Source of the DNA: Vulcanimicrobiota bacterium
GTDB lineage: Bacteria; Vulcanimicrobiota; Vulcanimicrobiia; Vulcanimicrobiales; Vulcanimicrobiaceae
NCBI GenBank assembly: GCA_003135555.1
Contig: PLCF01000069.1
Coordinates: forward strand, 1-47,740
Direction of reading: 5' to 3'
Length of the DNA stretch: 47,740 bases
Shown: positions 1-9,340 of the stretch, one piece after another
Numbering within the stretch: position 1 is the stretch's first letter
How the letters are laid out: each line of letters begins with the position of its first letter
Program-made: the position numbers and the translations under genes
Notes under the pieces: model-generated
Database searches by the model: none
Told to the model about the DNA's origin: nothing
What the model saw: the letters and a program-made list of their open reading frames with translations, nothing else

Positions 1-2028
1 GGCGCGGCGACGGGCGTCGGCGGGATCGTGCGCGACGTGCTCTGCATGGGCGCCGAGGTCATCGGCATCGCCGACCCGCTGCGGTTCGGTCGGCTCGAGA
101 ACGAGCACTGTCGCTACGTCGCGCAGTCGGTCGTGGACGGCATCGCGGCGTACGGCAACGCGATCGGGGTGCCCAACGTCGGCGGCGACGTGTTCTTCGA
201 CGAGTCGTTCGATGACAACGTGCTCGTCAACGTCATCGCGCTGGGGCTGGTGAAGGAGAAGGATATCATCCATTCGCGCGCGCCCAAGGGTAGCGCCGGA
301 TGGGACATCGTGCTGGTCGGAAAGGCGACCGATCGCAGCGGCTTCGGCGGCGCATCGTTCTCGTCGTTGATGCTCGACGACGAGGACGCCGAGCAGAACA
401 AGGGCGCGGTGCAAGTCCCGGACCCGTTCCTCAAGAACGTCATCATGCGCGCGTCGTACGCGGTGTTCGCGGAGCTGCGCAAGGCGGGCATCACCGCGGG
501 GTTCAAGGACCTGGGCGCCGGCGGCCTCGCAGGGTGCAGCGCGGAGTTGTGCGCCGCCGGCGGGATGGGCGCGGAGATCGAGTTGGAGCGCGTCTCGACC
601 GCGCAGCCGAACCTCCCGCCCGAAGTGATCGCGATAGGCGAGACGCAAGAGCGCCTGTGCTGGATCGTCCCGCCGTCGTTCACCCCGCTGCTGCTCTCGA
701 TCTACAACGAGACGTACTCACTCCCGCGCATCGCCCGCGGCGCCTGCGCAGCGATCATCGGCAAGGTCACCGAAACCGGGCGTTACGTCGCGAAATACCA
801 CGGCGAAACCGTGATGGACATCGACCTCGAGTTCCTCACCGGCGGCGTGCGGTACTCGCGACCTTACGTGCTGCCGGCTGTGCCCACCGAAACAGTTAGG
901 GAGCGCGATGACGCGGGATGGCAGATGTTTACCGATGGGGAGCACCGTACAAGCTCGCCGTTTCCGCTGCTAAAGGAAATCCTTGCGCATCGCGACGTTG
1001 GCTCGCGCGCAACGATCTATCAACGCTACGATGGGGTGGTCCGCGGATGCACCGCAACCCCGCCGGGCTATGCGGACGCGGGGGTCCTGGTACCGATCCC
1101 CGGAGCACCGCTCGGCGTCGCGCTCGGTCTCGGCGGAAATCCTCGCTACGGCAAGATCGATCCGCGCCGCGCAGCCGAATTGGCCGTGGTCGAGGCGATC
1201 GCGCAAGTAACGGCGGTTGGCGCCACGCCGGTCGGACTGACCGACTGCCTCAATTTCGGCGATCCGACGGTACCCGAGCAGATGGGCGCCTTCGTCGCCG
1301 CAGTTGAAGGTCTGGCCGAGGCGGCGCGGGCTGTCGATGTGCCATTCGTGTCGGGGAATGTCTCACTCTATAATCGCTCCTCGTCCGGCAACCACGTAGC
1401 GCCATCCCCTATCGTCGGCTGCATCGGCGCCATTTCCGATGTCTCGTGCGTCACGAACGGCGGATTCAAGCGGTCTGGCTCCATCATCGGGATCGTCGGA
1501 GTTCCACAGCTTGCATACGGCGGAAGTGTCCTTGCAGAGATCCGAAAAGGCACGTCGACGACACTACCGGAACCAGACTACGATTTTTTCGGCAAGTATT
1601 GTGCGCTGATTCGTGACGGAATCGCGCATGGTATTTTGCTTGCGGTTCGTGACGTTAGTGACGGAGGTATCTTGAGCACCATCTCAGAGATGGCCTTTGC
1701 TTCACTCGACGAACGCGCATTGGGCGTGCAGTTGCTGCACTACGATGCGCTCTACGATGTCGATCTCTGGATCGATGATTACATCCCCAGAACGACCATG
1801 GCTATTTGGTTCGCCGAGTTCCCGGGTTTTGTGTGCGAAGTCGCTGACTGGCTTGCCTTTCGCCGGCTCGGTCACGGCTATGGCGTAAAGACATTCTACG
1901 CGGGTGAAACGATCGCCGAACCGTTCATTCGCACGGAGTATCGGCACGAGATCAGCGTGCAAGAGCTGCGCGAAGCCTGGGAAGCTCCGTTGCGCGACTT
2001 TTACGGCGCTTCGACAGGCTCAGCGTGA
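1..2028 (+). CDS. purL: Phosphoribosylformylglycinamidine synthase subunit PurL (small type), 5'-truncated by window edge
   Basis: Frame open from base 1 ([13 protein letters not shown]); motifs [34 protein letters not shown]. Confidence 0.96.
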   Translation, partial: GAATGVGGIVRDVLCMGAEVIGIADPLRFGRLENEHCRYVAQSVVDGIAAYGNAIGVPNVGGDVFFDESFDDNVLVNVIALGLVKEKDIIHSRAPKGSAGWDIVLVGKATDRSGFGGASFSSLMLDDEDAEQNKGAVQVPDPFLKNVIMRASYAVFAELRKAGITAGFKDLGAGGLAGCSAELCAAGGMGAEIELERVSTAQPNLPPEVIAIGETQERLCWIVPPSFTPLLLSIYNETYSLPRIARGACAAIIGKVTETGRYVAKYHGETVMDIDLEFLTGGVRYSRPYVLPAVPTETVRERDDAGWQMFTDGEHRTSSPFPLLKEILAHRDVGSRATIYQRYDGVVRGCTATPPGYADAGVLVPIPGAPLGVALGLGGNPRYGKIDPRRAAELAVVEAIAQVTAVGATPVGLTDCLNFGDPTVPEQMGAFVAAVEGLAEAARAVDVPFVSGNVSLYNRSSSGNHVAPSPIVGCIGAISDVSCVTNGGFKRSGSIIGIVGVPQLAYGGSVLAEIRKGTSTTLPEPDYDFFGKYCALIRDGIAHGILLAVRDVSDGGILSTISEMAFASLDERALGVQLLHYDALYDVDLWIDDYIPRTTMAIWFAEFPGFVCEVADWLAFRRLGHGYGVKTFYAGETIAEPFIRTEYRHEISVQELREAWEAPLRDFYGASTGSA

Positions 2029-2031
2029 CAA
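2008..2031 (+). repeat. Short REP-like interspersed repeat, copy 1 (gcttcgacaggctcagcgtgacaa)
   Basis: Near-identical to 8287-8311; spans the purL stop and purQ start. Confidence 0.6.
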
Positions 2032-2822
2032 AGAGAATATCGCGCGTTGCGGTCATTGTTTTTCCCGGGACGAATAGCGAGGACGAGACGCTGCGTGCGC
2101 TGCACGCCGTGGGGCTCGAGGCCGAGCTCGTGCACTGGTCGCAGCCGGAACAGCTTGCGCACTTCGACGCGTTCGTGCTGCCCGGCGGCTTCGCGTACGA
2201 AGATCGCATCCGGTCGGGCGCCGTCGCCGCGCACGACGCGGTGATGGACCCGATCATCGCGGCCGCGCAGGCCGGGAAGTTCGTCCTGGGGATTTGCAAC
2301 GGTGCGCAGATCCTCGCCGAAGCCGGCCTCGTCCCCGGAACCGGCCCGCTGCGCCGTCCGACCGCGGCGTTCGCGCCGAATGAGAGTGGTCGGTTCCAGT
2401 CGGTGCACGTGCACGTCAAGCTCGCCGTCGCGCCCGAGCGCGTTCCGATCCTCGCGGGGATCGAGGCCGGCGCCGTCATCCCGGCCTGGGCCTCGCACGG
2501 CGACGGCCGCCTCGCCGCACCGGCGGAAGAATTGGCTCGGATCGAACGCGACGGCCACCTCGCGTTCGTCTACTGCGACCGCGACGGCAACGCGGCCCCG
2601 GCGCCCAACGGCGCCGCGCTGGACTGCGCCGGCCTCGTGAACCGTGACGGCAATGTCCTGGCGATCATGCCGCACCCCGAGCGCGACGCGTGGACCTACC
2701 AGCACCTCGACGCCACGCGCGACGCGGCACGGGGCGACATCCGCGCGACACTCGCGCCGTCAGGCGGGATCCGCCTGTTCGAGCACTTCGCGCGAGCTGT
2801 GCGGGATCGGGTACCGGCATGA
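2025..2822 (+). CDS. purQ: FGAM synthase glutaminase subunit PurQ
   Basis: [29 protein letters not shown] (catalytic Cys), MPHPER; GTGA overlap with purL. Confidence 0.96.
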   Translation: MTKRISRVAVIVFPGTNSEDETLRALHAVGLEAELVHWSQPEQLAHFDAFVLPGGFAYEDRIRSGAVAAHDAVMDPIIAAAQAGKFVLGICNGAQILAEAGLVPGTGPLRRPTAAFAPNESGRFQSVHVHVKLAVAPERVPILAGIEAGAVIPAWASHGDGRLAAPAEELARIERDGHLAFVYCDRDGNAAPAPNGAALDCAGLVNRDGNVLAIMPHPERDAWTYQHLDATRDAARGDIRATLAPSGGIRLFEHFARAVRDRVPA

Positions 2823-3271
2823 GCGCGACGCGACGCACCTTCGCGGTCTCGCTGACGATCCCGGACAACGAGGCCTTCACCGCCTACGAGACGCTCGGGC
2901 GCCTCGGAATCCCGGTCGCCCGCGTCGTCCGGGCAGATATCTGGCAGTTCGACGTCGACGGGTCCGCGGACGACCTGGCCAGGACGGTCGCCTCGATCGA
3001 GTCGATCCACAACCCCAACAAGCACCGCTTGGCCGAGCGGGAGTCCGAGCGGCCCACGCCGGGCGAAGTCTGGATCGCGCCTCGCGACGAACGGAGGACG
3101 ACCCTCGTCGCCGGCCGCGCGATCCCCGGCGTCCGCGCGATCCGCCGCCGCACCGCATGGCGTCTGCTCGACGAGGCCGGCCGCGACGTCGAGTCCGCCC
3201 ACCTGGACCACGCCGTCGAATCGTTCCTCTGCAACCCCGCCTTCCAGACGGTCATAAGAGCACAGGAATGA
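2819..3271 (+). CDS. purS: PurS-like protein with two tandem PurS-like domains (150 aa)
   Basis: ATGA overlap with purQ; D-N-E-A...LGRLG...HNPNKH and a second ...FLCNPAFQ, both resembling the PurS 'LxNP' motif; about twice normal PurS length. Confidence 0.65.
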   Translation: MSATRRTFAVSLTIPDNEAFTAYETLGRLGIPVARVVRADIWQFDVDGSADDLARTVASIESIHNPNKHRLAERESERPTPGEVWIAPRDERRTTLVAGRAIPGVRAIRRRTAWRLLDEAGRDVESAHLDHAVESFLCNPAFQTVIRAQE

Positions 3272-3362
3272 AATCGTGTTAGACCCCGAAGAGACGGTGA
3301 TGGACCGAGCTCAGCAGCAAATTCCGCGTGCATCCATCTCGTTGCGAGGTCGGACCGGGGGG

Positions 3363-3381
3363 CCCCACGCACAGCGTGGGG
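3363..3381. other. GC-rich hairpin in the purS-purP intergenic region (ccccacgc-aca-gcgtgggg)
   Basis: Perfect 8-bp inverted repeat, 3-nt loop; no U-tract. Confidence 0.45.
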
Positions 3382-3406
3382 GGCGCGTAGCCGGGGGCGG
3401 AGCGCC

Positions 3407-4489
3407 GTGACAATGATGGTAGAGCCGTTGCCGCAGGCGAGCCAGCGGCTGAGCGGGGTCGGCGAGATGTACACGATCGCGACCTTGGGTTCCCATTCGG
3501 CGCTGCAGATCCTCAAGGGCGCCCACGACGAAGGCTTCAAGACGCTGGCCATCGCGAGCCGCGAGACCGAGCGCCTGTACCGTTCGTTCGCGTTCGTCGA
3601 CGAGGTCATCACGATCGCGCGCTACAGCGACTTCATGGGGTTGGTGCCCGAGCTCGAGAAGCGCAAGATCATCATCGTCCCGCATGGATCGTTCGTCGCG
3701 TACCTCTCGCTCGAAGAGCACAAGAAGATGACGATCCCGTACTTCGGCAACAAGGCCGTGCTCGACTGGGAGGCGAGCCGCGAGTTGCAGCGTGATTGGC
3801 TGCTGCGCGCGGGGCTCAAGCTGCCGCGCCAATTCAAGACCGGCGCCGAGATCGACCGGCCCGTCATCGTCAAGCTGTACGGCGCGCAGGGCGGCAAGGG
3901 CTACATGTTCTTACGCGACGCGATGGACTTCGAGGAGCGCGCCTCGCTGCTCGCGCGCCAGAACTACATCCTCCAAGAGTACATCATCGGGGTCCCGCTC
4001 TACATCCACTACTTCTACTCGCCGTTGACCGGCAAGCTCGAAGTCATGTCGATGGACCGGCGCTACGAGACCAACGTCGACTCGCTCGGCCGCATTCCGT
4101 CCCAAGCGCAGGCGGCGATGGAGATCGATCCCTCCTACGTTGTGGTGGGCAACCAGCCGATCAGCTTGCGCGAGTCGATGCTCGCCCAAGCGTACCGGAT
4201 GGGGGAGGACGTCGTGCGCGTCAGCCAGGAGATCTGCGGTCCCAAAGGGCTCTTCGGCGCGTTCTGCATCGAGACGATCATCACGCCGGATACGAGTTTC
4301 TACATCATGGAGATTTCGGCTCGGATCGTCGCGGGTACGAACCTCTTCATCGACGGCTCGCCCTACTCGTACTTGAACTACAGCGAGCCGATGTCCACCG
4401 GTCGCCGTATCGCTCGGGAAATCAAGAATGCGCTGCTCTCCAACTCGCTCGACGCGGTGCTCGACGACAGTACGATTGCGCGTCTCTAG
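3407..4489 (+). CDS. purP: PurP-family FAICAR synthetase (formate-dependent ATP-grasp), archaeal cluster-I-like
   Basis: IATLGSHSALQILKGAHDEGF, VPHGSFVAY, GGKGY, DRRYETNVD, GNQPISLRES, EISARIVAGTN, MSTGRRIAREIK; start uncertain. Confidence 0.88.
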   Translation: MTMMVEPLPQASQRLSGVGEMYTIATLGSHSALQILKGAHDEGFKTLAIASRETERLYRSFAFVDEVITIARYSDFMGLVPELEKRKIIIVPHGSFVAYLSLEEHKKMTIPYFGNKAVLDWEASRELQRDWLLRAGLKLPRQFKTGAEIDRPVIVKLYGAQGGKGYMFLRDAMDFEERASLLARQNYILQEYIIGVPLYIHYFYSPLTGKLEVMSMDRRYETNVDSLGRIPSQAQAAMEIDPSYVVVGNQPISLRESMLAQAYRMGEDVVRVSQEICGPKGLFGAFCIETIITPDTSFYIMEISARIVAGTNLFIDGSPYSYLNYSEPMSTGRRIAREIKNALLSNSLDAVLDDSTIARL

Positions 4490-5576
4490 ACTCGCCGCCG
4501 CGCTGCTGGCTGCGCTCGTCTTGATCTTGCCGTCGCTCCCGGCGCGTGCGGCGCTCGACATCGACCCCGCGCAGCTCTACAAGCAGATGAAGGCCGCGTA
4601 CGACAAGGGCGCCGCAAACGGCTGGCATCTAGCGGACCAGCTCGACTACTTCTCTGCGGTGCTCGACGCCGGGCGGGGCTACGAGCTGCGCCGCCGCGAC
4701 GACCCGCAGAACCTCGCGATCAAAGGGATCGCGGTCGACCTCGCGACCCAGCTGTTCTACGATCCGCTCATCAACAACGACGCCGCCGGGTGGTACATTC
4801 GTCTGTCCGCGGAGGCCTGGCAGAGCGACCCGGATCGCGGTCCGAAGGCCCGCGCGCTCATGGCGAAGCTCGACGCCGAGGAGACCGATCCGGGCGTGCT
4901 CGCGCGCGACGCCGACGTCGACAGCGCGGCGCTTGCGAAGGCCTACCCCGACGACGTGCAGGCGCTGCTGGGCCAGGTCGAGGCCGACATGCGCGCCTAC
5001 AACCTCACCCAAGACCCGCGCTGGCGCACCACCGCGCTCCAGCGCGCCACGCAGCCCGACTTTCCGATCGCGTCCGTGCCGCAGGACTTCGGCAAGGTGT
5101 TCTTTCCGATCGTCGACGCGGCGCGCAATGCCGCGCCGGGATATTCGCCGACGGAACGTGAGGCTGCGCGCATCGTCGCCTCGCATCGCGCGGCGGCGCA
5201 CGGCCTCCCGGTGATCGGTCACGTGGTCTCGCACGAAGCGTTTCTGATCATCACGGCGCCGGCCGACGAATACTTCGGGCGCACCAAGCTCTCGCCGATC
5301 GGCGTGCGCAACGAGCTCGCGCGCATCGGCAGATACCTCGACGCCGGCTGGGGCGGCCAGATGACCAAGGACACGGTCTGGGTCGTCGACTCGCTCGACG
5401 ACTGGCAACACCAGTACCCGCGTGACTACGAGCTGCCGCGGCTCTACAAGCGCGCCTTCGACACGCTGGCGCGCGAGGATACGCCCGAGGCGAAGCAGGC
5501 GCAAAGCCAAGTACGCCGGACGCTGCTGGTCAACTACCCGATGTCGAGCGAGGCGCGGGCCTTCCTCTCGTCGTAG
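4476..5576 (+). CDS. Secreted all-helical hypothetical protein with C-terminal APADEYFG...DW..QYPRD domain
   Basis: Signal peptide (RVSRLAAALLAALVLILPSLPARA-A); host-like codon use; TTG start overlapping the purP stop is assumed. Confidence 0.75.
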   Translation: MRVSRLAAALLAALVLILPSLPARAALDIDPAQLYKQMKAAYDKGAANGWHLADQLDYFSAVLDAGRGYELRRRDDPQNLAIKGIAVDLATQLFYDPLINNDAAGWYIRLSAEAWQSDPDRGPKARALMAKLDAEETDPGVLARDADVDSAALAKAYPDDVQALLGQVEADMRAYNLTQDPRWRTTALQRATQPDFPIASVPQDFGKVFFPIVDAARNAAPGYSPTEREAARIVASHRAAAHGLPVIGHVVSHEAFLIITAPADEYFGRTKLSPIGVRNELARIGRYLDAGWGGQMTKDTVWVVDSLDDWQHQYPRDYELPRLYKRAFDTLAREDTPEAKQAQSQVRRTLLVNYPMSSEARAFLSS

Positions 5577-5585
5577 AGGTCAGAC

Positions 5586-6731
5586 GTGGTCGCCGAGCCA
5601 TTCGATCTGCGGGGGACGCTGGCGTCCTACGACGCGAGCCGCCTGACCCTGTGTTCGATCGGCAGCCATTCGGCGCTCGAGGTCGCATCGGGCGCGCGCG
5701 CGCAGGGGATCCCCAACCTCATCGTCGTCGAGCGCGGCCGCAATCGCACCTACGATACGCACTACACGCGCCGCTTCGACGAGCCGGCGCGGGGGTGCGT
5801 CGACGCGACGCTCGAGGTCATACGCTTCGCCGACATCCTCAACGACGACATACAGGACCTGCTGCGGCGCGAGAACGCCGTCTTCGTCCCCAATCGCTCC
5901 TTCGAGGTCTACCTGCACCAGCAGTACTCCTACGCCGAGATCGAACGGCGCATGCGCGTGCCGTTCTTCGGCAACCGCCGGCTACTGCGCGCCGAAGAGC
6001 GCGATGAGCCCGACAACCAGTACGCGCTCATGGACCGCGCCGGGATTCGCTATCCGCGCCGGCTTTCGTCGCCGGATCAGATCGATCGGCTGGTGATGGT
6101 CAAGGCGCCGCACGCGAAGGTCTCGTTCGAGCGCGCGTTCTTCCTGGTGCGCGACGAGAGCGAGTACACGCTAATGGCGCAACGGCTGCTCGATTCCGGG
6201 ACCGTATCGCTGGAGGGCTTGCGCGGTGCGGTCATCGAGGAGTTCGCGCTGGGTCCGACCATCAACCTGAACTTCTTCTGGTCGCCGATCCTGGGCGAGC
6301 TGGAACTGATGGGGACCGACACGCGCCGTCAAACGAATCGTGACGGCTTCGTGGGGCTCCCGTTCAATCAAGCGCGCGACCTCGCCGACGAGCCGGTGCG
6401 CATGGAGGAGGCCGGACACATCGCGGCCACCCTGACCGAGTCGATGCTCGAGAAAGCGTTCGACCTGGGCGAACGCTTCGTGCACGCGGCGCGTGAGACC
6501 GACGGCATCGGCGTAATCGGCCCGTTCGCGCTGCAATGCGTCATCGTCAGCGGGCCGCCCAAAGATTTCATCGTGTACGACGTCTCGTTGCGCATCCCGG
6601 GCTCGCCCGGAACGCGCTACACGCCGTATTCCGCCTACCGCTGGGGACGCGACGTCTCGGTCGGCGAACGAATCGCGATGGAACTCGTCTGGGCGCGCGA
6701 CCGCGGGCGCTTGGCGGACGTGCTGACATGA
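5586..6731 (+). CDS. Second PurP-like ATP-grasp protein (archaeal cluster-II-like)
   Basis: IGSHSALEV, VPNRSF, RAEER, ERAFF, DTRRQTNRDG, GHIAATLTES, IGPFALQ, YDVSLRIPGSPG, VGERIAMEL. Confidence 0.85.
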   Translation: MVAEPFDLRGTLASYDASRLTLCSIGSHSALEVASGARAQGIPNLIVVERGRNRTYDTHYTRRFDEPARGCVDATLEVIRFADILNDDIQDLLRRENAVFVPNRSFEVYLHQQYSYAEIERRMRVPFFGNRRLLRAEERDEPDNQYALMDRAGIRYPRRLSSPDQIDRLVMVKAPHAKVSFERAFFLVRDESEYTLMAQRLLDSGTVSLEGLRGAVIEEFALGPTINLNFFWSPILGELELMGTDTRRQTNRDGFVGLPFNQARDLADEPVRMEEAGHIAATLTESMLEKAFDLGERFVHAARETDGIGVIGPFALQCVIVSGPPKDFIVYDVSLRIPGSPGTRYTPYSAYRWGRDVSVGERIAMELVWARDRGRLADVLT

Positions 6732-8269
6732 CCGTCGTGATCCTGGACTTCGGCTCGCAGGTCAGCCAGCTGATCGCCCGCCGCGCGCGCGAGGCCAACG
6801 TCTATTCCGAGCTGCTGCCGCACGACACGCCATGGGACGAGATCGCCAAACGCGAGCCGTCGGCGATCTTGCTCAGCGGCGGGCCGGAGTCGGCACTCGG
6901 CGACGATGCGCTGGAGTGCGATCCGCGGGTATATTCCAGCGGGTTGCCGCTGCTCGGTATCTGCTACGGCATGCAGCTGCTGGTGAAGCGCTTCGGCGGC
7001 ACGCTCGTGCGGCTGGGCCACAGCGAGTTCGGTCCGGCGCAGCTGAGCCTCGATCGGGTCGACTCACCGTTGTTCCTGGGCGTGCCGCCGCAGTCGCGTG
7101 TCTGGATGTCGCACGGCGACTCCGTCACCGCCGTGCCGCCCGCTTTCACCGCGCTCGCCCACACCGAACGGTCGGCCGTCGCGGCGATGAGCGACGACGC
7201 GCGCCGCATCTATGCGGTGCTGTTCCATCCCGAGGTCGTGCACACCGAAGCCGGAACCGCGATCCTGAAAAACTTTCTGCACACGATTGCGGCGATCGCG
7301 CCGTCGTGGCGCATGGATTCGTGGGTCGAGGACGCGATCGAAAAGGTACGCGTGCAGGTCGGTGATGCGAACGTCCTCTGCGCGCTGTCGGGCGGCGTCG
7401 ACTCCGCGGTCGCCGCGACGCTGGTCGCGCGCGCGATCGGCAAACAGCTGACGTGCATCTACGTCGACACCGGCCTGATGCGCAAGAACGAGTCGCTCGG
7501 CGTCGTCGCCGCCTTTCGCGACGTGCTGCACCTCAATGTCATCCACGTCGACGCGCGCGAACGTTTCCTCGCACGCTTGGCCGGCGTCGCCGATCCCGAA
7601 GAGAAGCGCATCCGAATCGGACACGAGTTCATCGCGATCTTCGAAGAGGAGGCCAAGAAGATCCCCGACGTCCGCTTCTTGGTGCAAGGGACGCTCTATC
7701 CCGACGTGATCGAGTCCAAGACCCCCGGCTCCAAGGCGGGGCACAAGATCAAGTCGCACCACAACGTGGGTGGCCTGCCCGAGCGCATGGCACTGGGGTT
7801 GGTCGAGCCGCTGCGCGCGCTGTTCAAAGACGAGGTGCGCGAAGCCGGGCGCGTTCTGGGTCTGCCCAACGCGATCGTCGAGCGCCAACCGTTTCCCGGC
7901 CCCGGGCTGGCCGTGCGGATCATCGGCGAGGTGACGACCGAGCGGCTCGACGTCGTGCGCGCAGCTGACTGGATCGTCACCAGCGAGATAGACGCGGCGA
8001 TGAGCGGGTTGTTGCCACGGCCGTGGCAGTACTTCGCCGTGCTGACGCCGGTGCAAAGCGTGGGCGTGATGGGCGACGGGCGCACCTACGCCAACCTCGT
8101 TGGCGTGCGCGCGATCACCAGCGAGGACGGGATGACCGCAGACTGGGCGCGCCTACCGCACGAGCTGCTCGAGCGAATCTCGGCCCGCATCGTCAACGAA
8201 GTCCCTGGCGTGAACCGGGTCGCCTACGACATCACCTCAAAGCCCCCCGCCACCGTCGAGTGGGAGTGA
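6728..8269 (+). CDS. guaA: GMP synthase (glutamine-hydrolysing)
   Basis: ILDFGSQ, LGICYGMQ, FHPEV, SGGVDS, IKSHHNVGG, DITSKPPATVEWE; ATGA overlap with upstream gene. Confidence 0.97.
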   Translation: MTVVILDFGSQVSQLIARRAREANVYSELLPHDTPWDEIAKREPSAILLSGGPESALGDDALECDPRVYSSGLPLLGICYGMQLLVKRFGGTLVRLGHSEFGPAQLSLDRVDSPLFLGVPPQSRVWMSHGDSVTAVPPAFTALAHTERSAVAAMSDDARRIYAVLFHPEVVHTEAGTAILKNFLHTIAAIAPSWRMDSWVEDAIEKVRVQVGDANVLCALSGGVDSAVAATLVARAIGKQLTCIYVDTGLMRKNESLGVVAAFRDVLHLNVIHVDARERFLARLAGVADPEEKRIRIGHEFIAIFEEEAKKIPDVRFLVQGTLYPDVIESKTPGSKAGHKIKSHHNVGGLPERMALGLVEPLRALFKDEVREAGRVLGLPNAIVERQPFPGPGLAVRIIGEVTTERLDVVRAADWIVTSEIDAAMSGLLPRPWQYFAVLTPVQSVGVMGDGRTYANLVGVRAITSEDGMTADWARLPHELLERISARIVNEVPGVNRVAYDITSKPPATVEWE

Positions 8270-8286
8270 CGGCGATGGTGGCCCAT

Positions 8287-8311
8287 GCTTCGACGGGGCT
8301 CAGCGTGACAA
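8287..8311 (+). repeat. Short REP-like interspersed repeat, copy 2 (gcttcgacggggctcagcgtgacaa)
   Basis: Matches 2008-2031 except a->gg; lies just after guaA and contains the convergent MBL gene stop. Confidence 0.6.
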
Positions 8312-9298
8312 TGAAGACCAAGTAATCACCGTCGGGGCGTCGTTGCGGACGACCTGGCCGCGTACGCGTAGGTGCGCCAGGTGCGCGAGCGTCTCCGCCA
8401 CCGCGAACTCTTGATGCTCGGGCGGTAGCTGGTCGAAGCGGTCGCCGCGCCGGCGCCATTTGAGCTTGCCGGCGACTTGCGCCGCGGTGTGCGGGCCGTC
8501 GTCGAGCGCGTGGATCACGTCGCCTTCGCGCGTCGCTTCGTGGGCCAGCAGCTCTTCGACGCGGCGCGCGAGATCGGGGAACGCTTCGCCGTGCGCGGGT
8601 AGCGCGCCGCTGGTCTCGAGTGCGCCGACGGCGCGCAGCGAGGCGACATAGTCACCCATCGGGTCCCGGCCCGAGTCGTACCATACGCCGACGTGCGGGG
8701 TGACCGGATCGAGCACGTGATCGCCGGTGAAGGTGCGGCCTGAGACCGAATCCACGAAGCACACGTGACCCGGCGAATGCCCCGGCGTCCACATCGCCCG
8801 CAGGCGGCCGACGCGCTCGCCGTCGGCGAGCATCCGCGTCGGCTCGACGTAGTCGAACCGGTCGTACGGCGATTCACTCCCGTCGTCGGGCTCGACGGGC
8901 AGGCCGTTGCGCCGTAGCCACGCGTCGGCGATCGAGTCGTCATCGCCGCGCCGCGCCTTGCGCGCCTTGAGGAAGTTCCAATCCAATTCGTGCATCGCCA
9001 GCTCGGGGACGCCCGCGGCGCGCAGCGTCCCGGCGAGGCCGTAGTGATCGAAGTGGAAGTGCGTCACCAGCAAACGCCGCAGGTCGCCGATGGCGTAGCC
9101 GCACAGCGCGAGCCCTTCCTCCAGGGCCACCCGGACGTCGGCGGCCTTCCAGCCGCAGTCGATGAGGGTCAGCCCGTCGTCGTCTTCGAGCAGGTAGCCG
9201 TTGATGTACCGCATCGGGTTGCCGGTCATCGGCAGGCGGATCTGCACGATGCGGTCGCCGATCTGCGTGATCGGCGGGAGGCTGCTCGGGATCGACAA
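8300..9298 (-). CDS. MBL-fold metallo-hydrolase with C-terminal winged-helix-like tail
   Basis: THFHFDH, TPGHSPGH, GDH, PAHG; start uncertain (TTG 9298 or ATG 9334). Confidence 0.88.
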   Translation of the reverse strand: MSIPSSLPPITQIGDRIVQIRLPMTGNPMRYINGYLLEDDDGLTLIDCGWKAADVRVALEEGLALCGYAIGDLRRLLVTHFHFDHYGLAGTLRAAGVPELAMHELDWNFLKARKARRGDDDSIADAWLRRNGLPVEPDDGSESPYDRFDYVEPTRMLADGERVGRLRAMWTPGHSPGHVCFVDSVSGRTFTGDHVLDPVTPHVGVWYDSGRDPMGDYVASLRAVGALETSGALPAHGEAFPDLARRVEELLAHEATREGDVIHALDDGPHTAAQVAGKLKWRRRGDRFDQLPPEHQEFAVAETLAHLAHLRVRGQVVRNDAPTVITWSSLSR

Positions 9299-9340
9299 GG
9301 AGTAGTCCGTTAGACCGGTGGAACCGGAAATCATCTTTTT

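Noticed and set aside
3272..3406. ZMP/ZTP or purine riboswitch upstream of purP
   Set aside because: Could not find the conserved GACUGGCG...GUGG/CCAC...GCCUGGGC-type elements or a purine-riboswitch core by eye.
6536..6727. N-terminal extension of GuaA
   Set aside because: Overlaps the PurP-like gene; ATG 6728 gives the canonical start with ATGA coupling.
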